From: an uncultured Coriobacteriia bacterium
Lineage (GTDB): Bacteria; Actinomycetota; Coriobacteriia; Anaerosomatales; JAAXUF01
Assembly (NCBI GenBank): GCA_963726345.1
Contig: CAVSCC010000007.1
Coordinates: 210,239 to 274,238, forward strand
DNA: 64,000 nucleotides
Direction: 5' to 3'
Shown here: in pieces, positions 52,553-63,037 of the stretch
Layout: each line of letters begins with the position of its first letter
Numbering within the stretch: position 1 is the stretch's first letter
The notes under the pieces: model-generated
Told to the model about the DNA's origin: nothing
The model's input: the letters and a program-made list of their open reading frames with translations, nothing else
Databases searched by the model: none
Position numbers and translations under genes: made by a program

Positions 52553-53578
52553 ATGATGCGCGAGGACATCGAGGCCGAGGAGCACGACCGGTTCGCTCGG
52601 CGGGCGGCGTTCGCCGACGAGACTCGCGGACGTGAACGTGAGATCCCGCTGGACCCGTACCGCACCGAGTACCAGCGTGACCGCGACCGGATCATCCACT
52701 GCAAGGCGTTTCGACGCCTGTCGCACAAGACGCAGGTGTTCCTCGCTCCCGAAGGCGACCACTACCGCACGCGGATGACGCACACGCTGGAGGTCTCGCA
52801 GATCTCCCGTTCGATCGCGCGCACGCTTGCGCTCAACGAGGACCTGGCGGAGGCCATCGCGCTGGGGCACGACTTGGGCCACACGCCGTTCGGTCACACC
52901 GGGGAGTCGGCGCTCGACGACGCGCTGAGGGCGCTTCACGAGTCGGGTGGCACCGAACTCACGGGCTACCGGCACAACGTGCAGTCGTTGCGGATCGTCG
53001 AGAAGCTCGAGTACGAGGGCAAGGGCCTCAACCTGACGTGGGAGGTCCGCGACGGGATCCTCGGCCACACGGGGTCGGTCGCGCCTGAGACGCTCGAGGG
53101 GCAGATCGTCCGCATCGCCGACCGGATCGCCTACGTGAACCACGACATCGACGATGCCGTGCGGGCCGGCGTGCTCATCGAAACCGACCTTCCGCCGGGA
53201 CCGCTCGCCGTGCTCGGACCGCACCCGGGTGCCCGGATCACCACGATGGTCAACGACATGGTGCGCACGTCAGCAGGTGCCGATGTGATCGGCATGTCTC
53301 CCGACATCTGGGACGCCATGATGGAGCTGCGCTCCTTCCTGTTCGACAACGTCTACTTCTCCGAGCGCGCGAAGGCCGAGGAACCCAAGGCGAACGCGGT
53401 CGTGCGCTCGCTCTTCGCGCATTACCTCGCCGAGCCCGACGACCTCCCTCCCGACGAGCGCCCGGCCGACGATTCCGAGCTGGTCCAGGCGGTGGTCGAC
53501 TACGTGGCCGGAATGACCGACCGATTCGCGATTCGCGAGTTCGAGCGCTTGTTCGAGCCGCGGAAGTGGCTCGTGTAG
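52553..53578 (+). CDS. dgt: dGTPase-like HD-domain triphosphohydrolase
   Basis: Intact 341 aa. YQRDRDRIIHCKAFRRLSHKTQVF, RTRMTHTLEVSQISRSIA, LGHDLGHTPFGHTGE and VNHDIDDA. Confidence 0.85.
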   Translation: MMREDIEAEEHDRFARRAAFADETRGREREIPLDPYRTEYQRDRDRIIHCKAFRRLSHKTQVFLAPEGDHYRTRMTHTLEVSQISRSIARTLALNEDLAEAIALGHDLGHTPFGHTGESALDDALRALHESGGTELTGYRHNVQSLRIVEKLEYEGKGLNLTWEVRDGILGHTGSVAPETLEGQIVRIADRIAYVNHDIDDAVRAGVLIETDLPPGPLAVLGPHPGARITTMVNDMVRTSAGADVIGMSPDIWDAMMELRSFLFDNVYFSERAKAEEPKANAVVRSLFAHYLAEPDDLPPDERPADDSELVQAVVDYVAGMTDRFAIREFERLFEPRKWLV

Positions 53579-53715
53579 CACCGCTCGGCTGATTGCGACG
53601 CACGCCGGAATCGGCATGTCCCACGCTTGGGGTAGAATCTTGCGACACCGCGGCGCTCTTCTGCCGGCGCGGTGCTTTCGTCGCTCAGCGACTCAGACGC
53701 TGGAGAGGGGGTCGT

Positions 53716-55537
53716 GTGGGCCGCATATCCGATGAAGACGTGCGGCGCGTGCGCGACGCCACCGATCTGGTCTCCCTCGTGTCCGAGCGGGTCGTGCTCA
53801 AGCAGAAGGGCCGCCTCCACTGGGGATGCTGTCCCTTCCACGCCGAGAAGACCGCGTCGTTCAAGGTCGATCCCGCGACGCAGCTCTGGCATTGCTTCGG
53901 ATGCGGTCTCGGCGGCGACGCATACGGCTTCCTGATGCGCGCCGAGAACGTGGACTTCCTCGACGCCGTGCGCATCCTGGCCGACCGCGGCAACATCGAG
54001 ATCGTCGAAGAGGCTGGCGGCGCCCCGCGCGGGCATCGCGAACGTCTGATTGCCGCGAACGAGGCCGCGTGGCTCTACTATCACGAGATTCTCACGAAGT
54101 CGCCGGACCCCGGCGCCCGCGAGGCGCGGGACTATCTCAAGAAGCGCGGCTTCGGCAGCGACGTCGCCAAACGCTGGCGACTCGGGTTCGCCCCGGGGCA
54201 TGGGGCTCTGGTCCGCCACCTGGCACAGGCGGGCTTCTCGGCAGACGAGATCGAGAGTGCGAACCTCGGGCTCAAGGGCGATTCCGGCCAGCTGCGAGAC
54301 CGGTTCTTCGGGCGCGTGATGTTCCCGATCTTCGACCTGCAGGGGCGCGCGATCGCCTTCGGCGGCCGCGTGCTGGGCTCGGGCGAGCCGAAGTACCTCA
54401 ACACGCAGGACACGCCGGCGTTCCACAAGTCCGCCAATCTCTACGCAATCGACCGCGCCAAGGGTCCGGTGACCGCGACAGGGACAGCCGTTGTCGTCGA
54501 GGGCTACACGGACGTGATCGCGCTGCACGAGGCGGGGCTGACGAACGCCGTCGCCACGCTCGGCACGGCGCTCACGAGAGAACACGTGCGCCTGCTGTCC
54601 CGGTTCGCGAAGCGCATCGTGTATCTCTTCGATGGCGACGCGGCGGGGCTGCGAGCTGCGGATCGAGCCTCGGAGTTCGTCGACACGAGCATCACTCCCG
54701 AGGCGGGCCGCGACCGGGTGGAGCTGTTGGTCGCCGTGCTGCCCGACGGGCAGGATCCGGCCGACTTCGTGGGGGCACACGGGGCGGACGCGCTGAAGGC
54801 GACCATCGCCGATGCCACGCCGCTCCTTCGCTTCTCGATCGACCGCCGACTCTCGCGCTGGGACCTCGAACGCCCGGAGGAGCGCGCGCGGGCGCTGAAG
54901 GACGCGGCAGAGGTTCTCGCGCCGATCAAGGACTCGCTCCTCGCCGACGACTACGCCACGTACATCGCCGACCAGCTGTTCGCGGACTTCGCGACGGTCC
55001 GACGCGCGATAGCGGCGGCCAAGCCGAGCAGCTCTCATGCGGCCCATTCCGAGGTGGAGGTCGCCGAGGCACCCTTGCCGACGGTCGACACGGCGCAGCT
55101 TCGGGTCGAGCGCGAACTGCTAGACCTGCTGCTCAGAACGCCCGAGCTGCGACCGAGGGCACGGTTCTTGCTTTCGGATGACCTACTGACCGACCCCGCG
55201 AACAGACTCATCGCCGAGTCAATCGCAGACTGCAGCTCCAAACGCGACTGCCGCCGAGATTCTCGGCTCGATCCAAGCGAAGATGCCTGATGCGGCGTCG
55301 GCATTGGCCGGCTCGACCCTCGATGTCGAAAACGACCAAGAGGCGAGGTCGGTGGAGGGGGAGCTGTTCGTCAAGCTCAAGGAGTTCGACCTTGAACGGC
55401 GTATTGCTGTAGGTAAGGCGCAACTGAAGAAGCCCGACGCTCTGAGGGACAAGTCCCAGGAGGCCGAGCTGTTCAGGAGCGTCTCGGCGTTGCAGAGCGA
55501 GCTCGATCGGCTGAGAAGCGGCGTTCGAGGCAACTAA
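53716..55537 (+). CDS. dnaG: DNA primase (frame-broken: 1 shift)
   Basis: GGAGAGGGG RBS and GTG 53716. Zinc finger CCPFHAEKTASFKV...WHCFGCG, PKYLNTQDTPAFHKS and TOPRIM VVVEGYTDVIAL...YLFDGDAAG. +1 shift near 55226 joins to ORF 55283-55537. Confidence 0.92.
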
Positions 55538-55551
55538 CATGATCTGGAGGC

Positions 55552-57239
55552 GTGACATTCAGCGTGACCGATAAACCGAGTACGACTCCCAAGAGCACCA
55601 AACGCAGCGGTTGCCGCAAAGCCGGCGGCCGCTGCGAAAGCCCGTCGCATCGAAGACGGCTGTCCGAAAGACCACCGCGGCGAAGTCCGCCGCCACCGCG
55701 GCTCCGGCGGCGAAAGCGCCAGCCGCGAAGGCATCGCCCGCAAAGGCTCCGGCCGCGAAGGTCGCGCCGCCAAGCCCGCCGCGCAAGGCGCGCCGCGAAG
55801 CCGGCTCCCGCGAGCCAAGCGCAGCCGCCCGCAGCGAAGCCAGCAGCTGCAGCGAAGCCGGCAGCCGTGGCAAAGCCCGTCGCGGCCAAGAAGCCTGCGG
55901 CCAAGCCGGCCGCATCGAAGTCAGCCGCTGCCGGCAAGACCGCAGCGGCGAAGCATTCACTTGAGCTCGAGCTGCCCGCGGTCAAGACCCTGACGACGAT
56001 GGGCAAGGCAAAGGGGAACCTCACGGACGAGGAGATCCAGGCTGCCTTCTCGGACGTGGATCTGACCGATCGTCAGTTCGAGAACATCTACACGCACTTC
56101 CGTGACAGCGGAATCAGTGTCGTGGACGACGCGTCCGGCGATTCAGCCGCGGGCGCCGCGCGGAGGTAGTGCGCGTCACCGACTTCGTTCCGCTCGAGGC
56201 CGACACCGAGATTCACGAGGCCGAGGTCATCGACATCCCGCTGCCGCCGAAGGTCGCACCTGCCAAGACGGCCAAGAAGAAGCCGAAGAAGCGCGAGAAC
56301 CTCAACGCCGTGGCGCCACTCACCGGCGACCCGGTGCGGATGTACCTCAAGGAGATCGGCAAGGTGCCGCTCCTCACCGCGGCACAGGAGATCGACCTTG
56401 CGATGAAGATCGAGGCGGGTCTCGAGGCCGGCGCTCGTATCGACGCCGCGATGAACGAGGGTCCTGCGCTCGACCGCGCCGACAAGCGCCGCCTGAGCCG
56501 CATGGAGCAGGTCGGTATCGACGCCAAGCAGCAGCTCGTCGAGGCGAACCTGCGTCTCGTGGTCTCGATAGCCAAGCGCTACGTCGGACGAGGGATGCTC
56601 TTCCTCGACCTGATCCAGGAAGGCAACCTCGGCCTGATTCGTGCGGTCGAGAAGTTCGACTACACCAAGGGCTTCAAGTTCTCCACGTACGCAACCTGGT
56701 GGATTCGCCAGGCGATCACCCGTGCTATCGCCGACCAAGCGCGCACGATCCGCATTCCCGTGCACATGGTCGAGACCATCAACAAGCTCATCCGCGTACA
56801 GCGCGGGCTGCTGCAGGAACTCGGTCGCGAACCTACCCCTGAGGAGATCGGCGACCTCATGGAGATGACCGCCGACCGCGTTCGCGAGATCCTCAAGATC
56901 AGCCAGGAGCCGGTCAGCCTCGAAACGCCCATCGGCGAAGAGGAAGACAGCCAGCTGGGCGACTTCATCGAAGACGGCGAAGCGGTCGTGCCGCCGGACG
57001 CGGCAAGCTTCTCGATGCTGCAGGAGCAGCTGTCGAAGGTTCTTGACGGCCTGGCCGAGCGCGAGCGCAAGGTCATCGAGCTGCGGTTCGGGCTCACCGA
57101 CGGGCATCCTCGCACGCTCGAGGAGGTTGGTCGGGAGTTCGGCGTGACGCGCGAGCGCATCCGCCAGATCGAGTCCAAGACGCTGTGCAAGCTGCGTCAC
57201 CCGAGCCGTTCAAGCAAGCTCAAGGACTACCTCGAGTAG
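55552..57239 (+). CDS. rpoD: Primary sigma factor (RpoD/SigA/HrdB-type) with an Ala/Lys/Pro-rich N-terminal extension (frame-broken: about 4 shifts)
   Basis: C-terminal 356 aa are in ORF 56169-57239: [65 protein letters not shown] and [20 protein letters not shown]. The N-terminal part spans three frames with (AAKP)n-like sequence. Shifts near 55603, 55640 and 55795 (+1) and near 56160 (-1). Start is GTG 55552 or GTG 55564. Confidence 0.92.
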
Positions 57240-57257
57240 ACGGCACGCCAACTACCA

Positions 57258-57304
57258 CAGATACGCAACGAAGGCCTCGCATCTGCGAGGCCTTCGTGTA
57301 TCTG
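57258..57304. terminator. Strong hairpin between rpoD and the convergent tRNA-Asn (probable bidirectional terminator)
   Basis: Perfect 13-bp stem ACGAAGGCCTCGC / GCGAGGCCTTCGT with loop ATCT. A further 7 bp (CAGATAC / GTATCTG) extends it across a 3-nt bulge. It lies 19 nt after the rpoD stop and 1 nt from the tRNA-Asn 3' end. Confidence 0.6.
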
Positions 57305-57305
57305 A

Positions 57306-57380
57306 TGGCTCCCCGGGCAGGACTCGAACCTGCAACATTTCGGTTAACAGCCGAACGCTCTACCATTGAGCTACCGAGGA
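57306..57380 (-). tRNA. tRNA-Asn (anticodon GTT)
   Basis: The reverse complement reads TCCTCGGTAGCTCAATGGTAGAGCGTTCGGCTGTTAACCGAAATGTTGCAGGTTCGAGTCCTGCCCGGGGAGCCA. Anticodon loop CTGTTAA, encoded CCA. Confidence 0.95.
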
Positions 57381-57502
57381 ATACGTTTGCGCCACCCTGA
57401 GGCAGCGAACGACAGTATACGAACGCCGGGCGGCCTTTGCAACGGGCACGATTCAGGGCTTCCGATTGCGTTAGAATCATCCGATGCGGATTGAACCCTA
57501 AC

Positions 57503-57577
57503 GGGCCCGTAGCTCAATGGTGGAGCAGGGGACTCATAATCCCTTGGTTGTAGGTTCGAATCCTACCGGGCCCACCA
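57503..57577 (+). tRNA. tRNA with a CAT anticodon (elongator Met, or Ile2 if lysidine-modified)
   Basis: GGGCCCGTAGCTCAATGGTGGAGCAGGGGACTCATAATCCCTTGGTTGTAGGTTCGAATCCTACCGGGCCCACCA. The 1:72 pair is G:C and an A:U pair is adjacent to the anticodon loop, so it is not initiator-like. Confidence 0.9.
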
Positions 57578-57647
57578 GGACCTCACCGTGCGAGGGACAG
57601 TCCGGAATCGACCAGCTGGCCCGCGGCGCTTGCCCGAGAGGAGCCGT

Positions 57648-58849
57648 ATGGCGCGACACAGTGCTCGACACTCGAAGCGGCCCTCGGCGCGCCTCGTCAT
57701 GCCGCACATGAACTGGCTGGTCGTCTCGGCTGTTGGCGGCGCCTGCGTCCTGCTGCTCCTGTTGGGCGTGTACGGGGCACGCGGTGGCCTTCGCGGGCGC
57801 GACAGCGGCGCCACAGAGCGCTGACGCGCAGTCGGTCTCGACTCGGCTGGCTACCGCGACGGCGAGTCGAGCGCCACTCCCGTGGAGGTGCCGACGTTGG
57901 TCGGACTCAAGCTCGATGAAGCCAATCTGATGCTCAAGGCCGCCGGGCTCACCGCCGTCATCCGTCGAGAGGCGGTTGGACGCTCGACGGAACCCACAGT
58001 CTCCTCTCAGGATCCCGCACCGGGCGGACTCGCGCGCACCGGGGCGACCGTCACGCTCACGCTGCCTGAGGCGCTCTCGGCGAAGAAGTCGGCGGCCAAG
58101 ACGAAGGCGAAGAAGACCTCCTACACCGTGTGTATCGACCCTGGCCATCAGAGCCACTCGGACATGAAGACCGAGCCGGTGGGGCCCGGCTCGGCGGCGC
58201 GCAAGGCCGAGGATCACCGGAGGGACGACCGGCGTGCTCACGGGCGCTCCCGAGTACGAGACGGTTCTGCAGATCGCCAACAACCTCAAGCGGCGTCTGG
58301 AGGCGGCCGGCGTCAAGGTGGTCATGACGCGCACGACCAACGACGTGAACCTGTCCAACGCAGAGCGCGCGCAGCTCGCGAGTGCGGCCGGGTGCCGACC
58401 TCTTCGTGCGGCTTGCATGCCGACAGCAACACCGACGGGAACCTGAGCGGCGCGTACACGCTCTACCCGGCGTCCGTCGATTGGACCGCGCCGATAGCGG
58501 CGCGCAGCCGTCGTGCGGCCACCTCCGTGCAGTCGGCGGTGGTGAAGAAGACGCGCGCGGTCGACCGGGGGACATCCGAGCGGGCCGACCTGGCAGGGTT
58601 CAACTTCTCGACCGTCCCGGCAGTGCTCGTGGCCGTGGGCTACCCATCCAACCGCGTCGAGGACCGGCTGCTCGTCAGTCCCAACTACCAGGACCTGCTC
58701 GCAGAGGGGCTCACGGAGGGCATCCTCTCCTACCTGAAGAGCGCAGCACTGATGCCGCGCCGCTCGATTCGAGCGGCTCGGTCGCGCGAGATGCACTATC
58801 ATGCTGCGAGCCGTCTCGACTCGTGCCGCTCGCCCAAGGAGCATGCTGA
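57648..58849 (+). CDS. Membrane-anchored N-acetylmuramoyl-L-alanine amidase (Amidase_3) with a PASTA domain (frame-broken: about 6 shifts; 3' end uncertain)
   Basis: GAGGAG RBS and ATG 57648. TM helix WLVVSAVGGACVLLLLLGVYG. PASTA: VEVPTLVGLKLDEANLMLKAAGLTAVIRREAVGRSTEPTVSSQDPAPGGLARTGATVTLTL. Amidase: YTVCIDPGHQ...ITGGTTGVLTGAPEYETVLQIANNLKRRLEAAGVKVVMTR...ADLFVRLHADS...FNFSTVPAVLVAVGYPSN. Shifts near 57775, 57830, 58215, 58392 and 58415, and near the end. Confidence 0.75.
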
Positions 58850-59936
58850 TGCGGATCATCGTTGTCGTGGGTGCGCGACCCAACTTCATCAAGATCGGGC
58901 CGCTCATGCCCGCGCTCGCCGCGGCGGGCATCGAGGCCCCGATCGCCCACACGGGCCAGCACTACGACGCCTCCATGTCCGACGTGTTCTTCTCGGACCT
59001 CGACCTGCCCGAGCCCACCTGGTTCCTGGGCGTCGGCTCCGGCACGCACGCCGTCCAGACCGGCCGGGCCATGATCGCCCTCGAGGAGCTCCTCGTCGCC
59101 GAGAAGCCCGACGCGCTCTTCGTGGTCGGCGACGTCAACTCGACGCTCGCCGGAGCGCTCGCGGCGAGCAAGATCGGCGTCCCGGTCGTGCATCTCGAGG
59201 CGGGGCTGCGCAGCGGCGACATGTCGATGCCCGAGGAGCTCAACCGCCTCGTCACCGACCAGCTGTCCTCGCTGCTGCTGACGCCCACGCCCACGGCCGC
59301 CGACAACCTCGACGCCGAGGGCATCGATGCGGATCGCGTGGTCTTCGTCGGCAACATCATGGCCGAGTCGGTGCTGCGACAACGCTCCCGGACTCGCGGA
59401 GCGCGGCGTGGCCTCTCGGCTGGGGCTTGAGCCCGGGCGGCTACGTGCTTGCGACCGTGCACCGCCCCGAGAACACCGACATCCGCGAGCAGCTCGCCGA
59501 GATCGTCTCGGCGTTCTCGGCGATGGACCTGCCGGTGCTGTTCCCGGTGCATCCGCGGACCCGTCCGCTGCTCGCGGACGCCGGTCTGATCGAGGGCGAC
59601 TCGCGGGTTCGGCTGGTCGATCCGGTCGGGTATCTCGACATGCTCGCGCTGCAGAGCGACGCGGCGGTCGTGGTGACGGACTCGGGCGGCATCCAGGAAG
59701 AGACGTGCATGCTGCACACGCCGTGCGTGACCGTCCGGCGCAACACCGAGCGTCAGATCACGCTTGAGGTCGGCTCGAACCGGCTGGTCTCGGCGAACCG
59801 CGACGAGATTCTCGCGGGCGTTGCCGATGCGCTTGCGGCGCCGCGCGAGTGGCCGCTGCCGGAGCGCTGGGACGACGCGGTCGCCTCGCGAGTCGTCGCT
59901 GCGCTTGAGCGGGGAGTCACGCCGCTCGCGCGGTAG
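58849..59936 (+). CDS. wecB: UDP-N-acetylglucosamine 2-epimerase, non-hydrolysing (frame-broken: 2 shifts)
   Basis: AAGGAG RBS and ATG 58849. MRIIVVVGARPNFIKIGPL, HTGQHYD, VVGDVNSTLAGALAA, VHLEAGLRS, ATVHRPENTD, VVTDSGGIQEE and CVTVRRNTERQ. +1 shifts near 59375 and 59435. Confidence 0.88.
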
Positions 59937-59964
59937 GCGAGTCCACCATCGAAGGGACACGACG

Positions 59965-60958
<994 letters not shown>

Positions 60959-60961
60959 CCC

Positions 60962-60989
60962 TTGTCGGACGCGGCTGATGTGGCATAAT
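60962..60989 (+). promoter_or_regulatory. Candidate promoter for tRNA-Val
   Basis: TTGTCG (60962-60967), a 16-nt spacer, then TGgCATAAT (extended -10; hexamer at 60984-60989). It lies 45 nt upstream of the tRNA. Confidence 0.45.
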
Positions 60990-61033
60990 CTCCTCTGCTG
61001 CCGAGAACCCCTTCTCGGCGCGCAGCACATCAC

Positions 61034-61108
61034 GGGCGATTAGCTCAGGGGGAGAGCGCTTCCTTCACACGGAAGAAGTCGTAGGTTCAAATCCTACATC
61101 GCCCACCA
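61034..61108 (+). tRNA. tRNA-Val (anticodon CAC)
   Basis: GGGCGATTAGCTCAGGGGGAGAGCGCTTCCTTCACACGGAAGAAGTCGTAGGTTCAAATCCTACATCGCCCACCA. Anticodon loop TTCACAC, encoded CCA. Confidence 0.95.
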
Positions 61109-61323
61109 GCATCTATCAGGCCCGTCACCTGCGGAAACGCGGATGGCGGGTCTTCTGCGTTGGAAGGCGAAGTCGGACTTTTGAGTCCAGCACAACAAAC
61201 GCCGGCGGGAGAGTGTCCAACGAGCGCATCCACCTCACGCGCAGGAGTCAGTGGCGAAACGCTGAATCCAAGTGGCGCGAGGGTGATACGCGAACGCGTT
61301 CGAAAGACGTGGCTCAGCGGCGA

Positions 61324-62655
61324 GTGATCGGGGGATCACAGAGCGATTACTCCACTCAGGTGCGCTTTCCGGCCACGTCCGGCGACATCATGGCTCACGC
61401 GATGGATCCGATGATGGAGATGGTGCTTGGCTCCCGGCTGACTTTCTCTCAGCAACTTGACGCCCAGTTACTGGCTCGCGCTTCACGCCTTCTGCTCGAC
61501 GTCGAGCCCGTCCTTGGATGCTGGTGGGACGAGAAGTCGCACGGTGCGGACTGGGTGCGTTGCGATGGGCTTGACGAATCGGCGGTGTTCTCGACCGCCG
61601 AAACCGAAGACCCCGATCGCGACTGCGCCGAGTTCCATGGGACGCCTTTCAACCCGACAGGTCCTCGGCTTGCGGTACTCCTGCTCAGGTCCCGAGATCA
61701 CGACGACCTGTGCTTGCGCTTCGACCACTCTGCCGGAGACGGATGGAGTGCGAAAGAGGTCACGCATCTGCTCGCCGATGTGTACTCTCGGTTACTCGAC
61801 GACCCCGACTACGTGCCGGCGCCGAGGACGTCTCCACGTCCTGACCACGCTGACGTGTGGAATGCGCTTACTGAAGAGCAGCGCCAAATGTCAGCGAATC
61901 CTCCTTCGATGACGAACATGTCGCAGTGGAGGATGAAGGCGCGGGCAGGAGCCAAAGATGGTTTCGTGGTCCGCACGCTCACCCTGTCGCCCGAGCGGGT
62001 GGAAGTGCTGAGGGCCTACGCGCATGCCAGAGGTGCGACGGTCAACGATACGTTGATCGGCGCACTCATTTAGATCAGTCGAGTCGAACAACCCCCAGAA
62101 GGCAGGATTGAAGCCAGGCGTATCGATCTCCGCTGACACACGGCGGTTCGTCGGCGGGACGGATTTCGAGCGGCTGGCGAACATCGCCACAACCCAGACG
62201 GTCAGGATGGACTTCCGGCACGACGAGACATTTGACGAGACTCTGCAACACGTCGTTAGGCAGTGAGGCCGTACAAGGACACCCTGTGGAACGTGCGGTC
62301 CGCTTCGGACGACAAGCCGCCTTCGCCAAGAACCTGGCGAGCCATCTTCTGGTTCGCCGCTACTGCCCTGCGTGTACTCTCGTGCCGCGGCAATGGTGAC
62401 AATGAACGTGGGGGCATTCGACGAGGAGCGTCTGGTGTTCGGATGACTCGCCCTGTGTCCGCGATGGTCACAGGCCCAATCGGCAGGTACGCGGGATTCC
62501 CACTTCTGATGAGCCACTACCGGGGTGCGCTCACTCTGTGGACGGGTTTTCGGGAGCGGTTAATCGCGTCTGAACTGGTCGACCGACACTTCGCCAGCAT
62601 CGATGCCCAATTCGCGAGAGCGGAAAGTGTTTCGGCGCACCCCCTGTGGCGGTGA
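61324..62655 (+). CDS. HxxxDG acyltransferase of the condensation / WS-DGAT / PapA-like superfamily, paralog 1 (frame-broken: at least 3 shifts)
   Basis: ORF 61213-62073 contains LCLRFDHSAGDGWS (His at 61726-61728). It continues after a +1 shift near 62068 as RSVESNNPQKAGLKPGVSISADTRRFVGG...FDETLQHVVRQ. Later pieces are MVTMNVGAFDEERLVFG and VSAMVTGPIGRYAGFPLLMSHYRG (ORF 62263-62655). The start (GTG 61324) was chosen by alignment with paralog 2. Confidence 0.6.
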
Positions 62656-63037
62656 GATGCAGTAGCGACAGGATTCGCTGTTGCTCAGCTGAGAGTCAGG
62701 GGGACTGTCCGCTCGGCCCCGACGCGCTTCATTACTGTCGTCGAGGTGAGCCTCTGCGCCGGGGAGGTCGCCGAGTTCGCGCTCGCAAGGTCTGAGGCCC
62801 GGTCAGATGCAGTAGGCCCTGGTCGGTCGGTTCAGACATCCACGTCTCAAGTCTCTGAGTCCCGCGTGGCGTTCCACGCGCGGGGGACTGGGAACAACTG
62901 GTACTGGAGCAGTGCCGTGACTGTCCGGTGTCCCCGCTCTGAGTGGGGAACGGTGAGTCATCGCCCATAATGCAGACCGCGTATACGTTGTTGGACACAA
63001 CACGCGGAGGGTGCGGGCAACGGACTGAGGGGGACGG

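Noticed and set aside
55600-55960. Repetitive GCC/GCG/AAG/CCG DNA that could be mistaken for a minisatellite or a CRISPR-like array.
   Set aside because: The repeats are irregular in period, have no spacers, and translate into the Ala/Lys/Pro-rich N-terminal region of SigA. This is coding low complexity.
62651-62815. A 15-nt near-identical repeat, GGT[G/C]AGATGCAGTAG, at 62651-62665 (overlapping the paralog 1 stop) and at 62801-62815. It could be a relic of a duplicated acyltransferase 3' end or an att-like repeat.
   Set aside because: It is a single short match with only weak flanking similarity. No integrase or further repeat structure is present. The evidence is insufficient to call a remnant or an attachment site.
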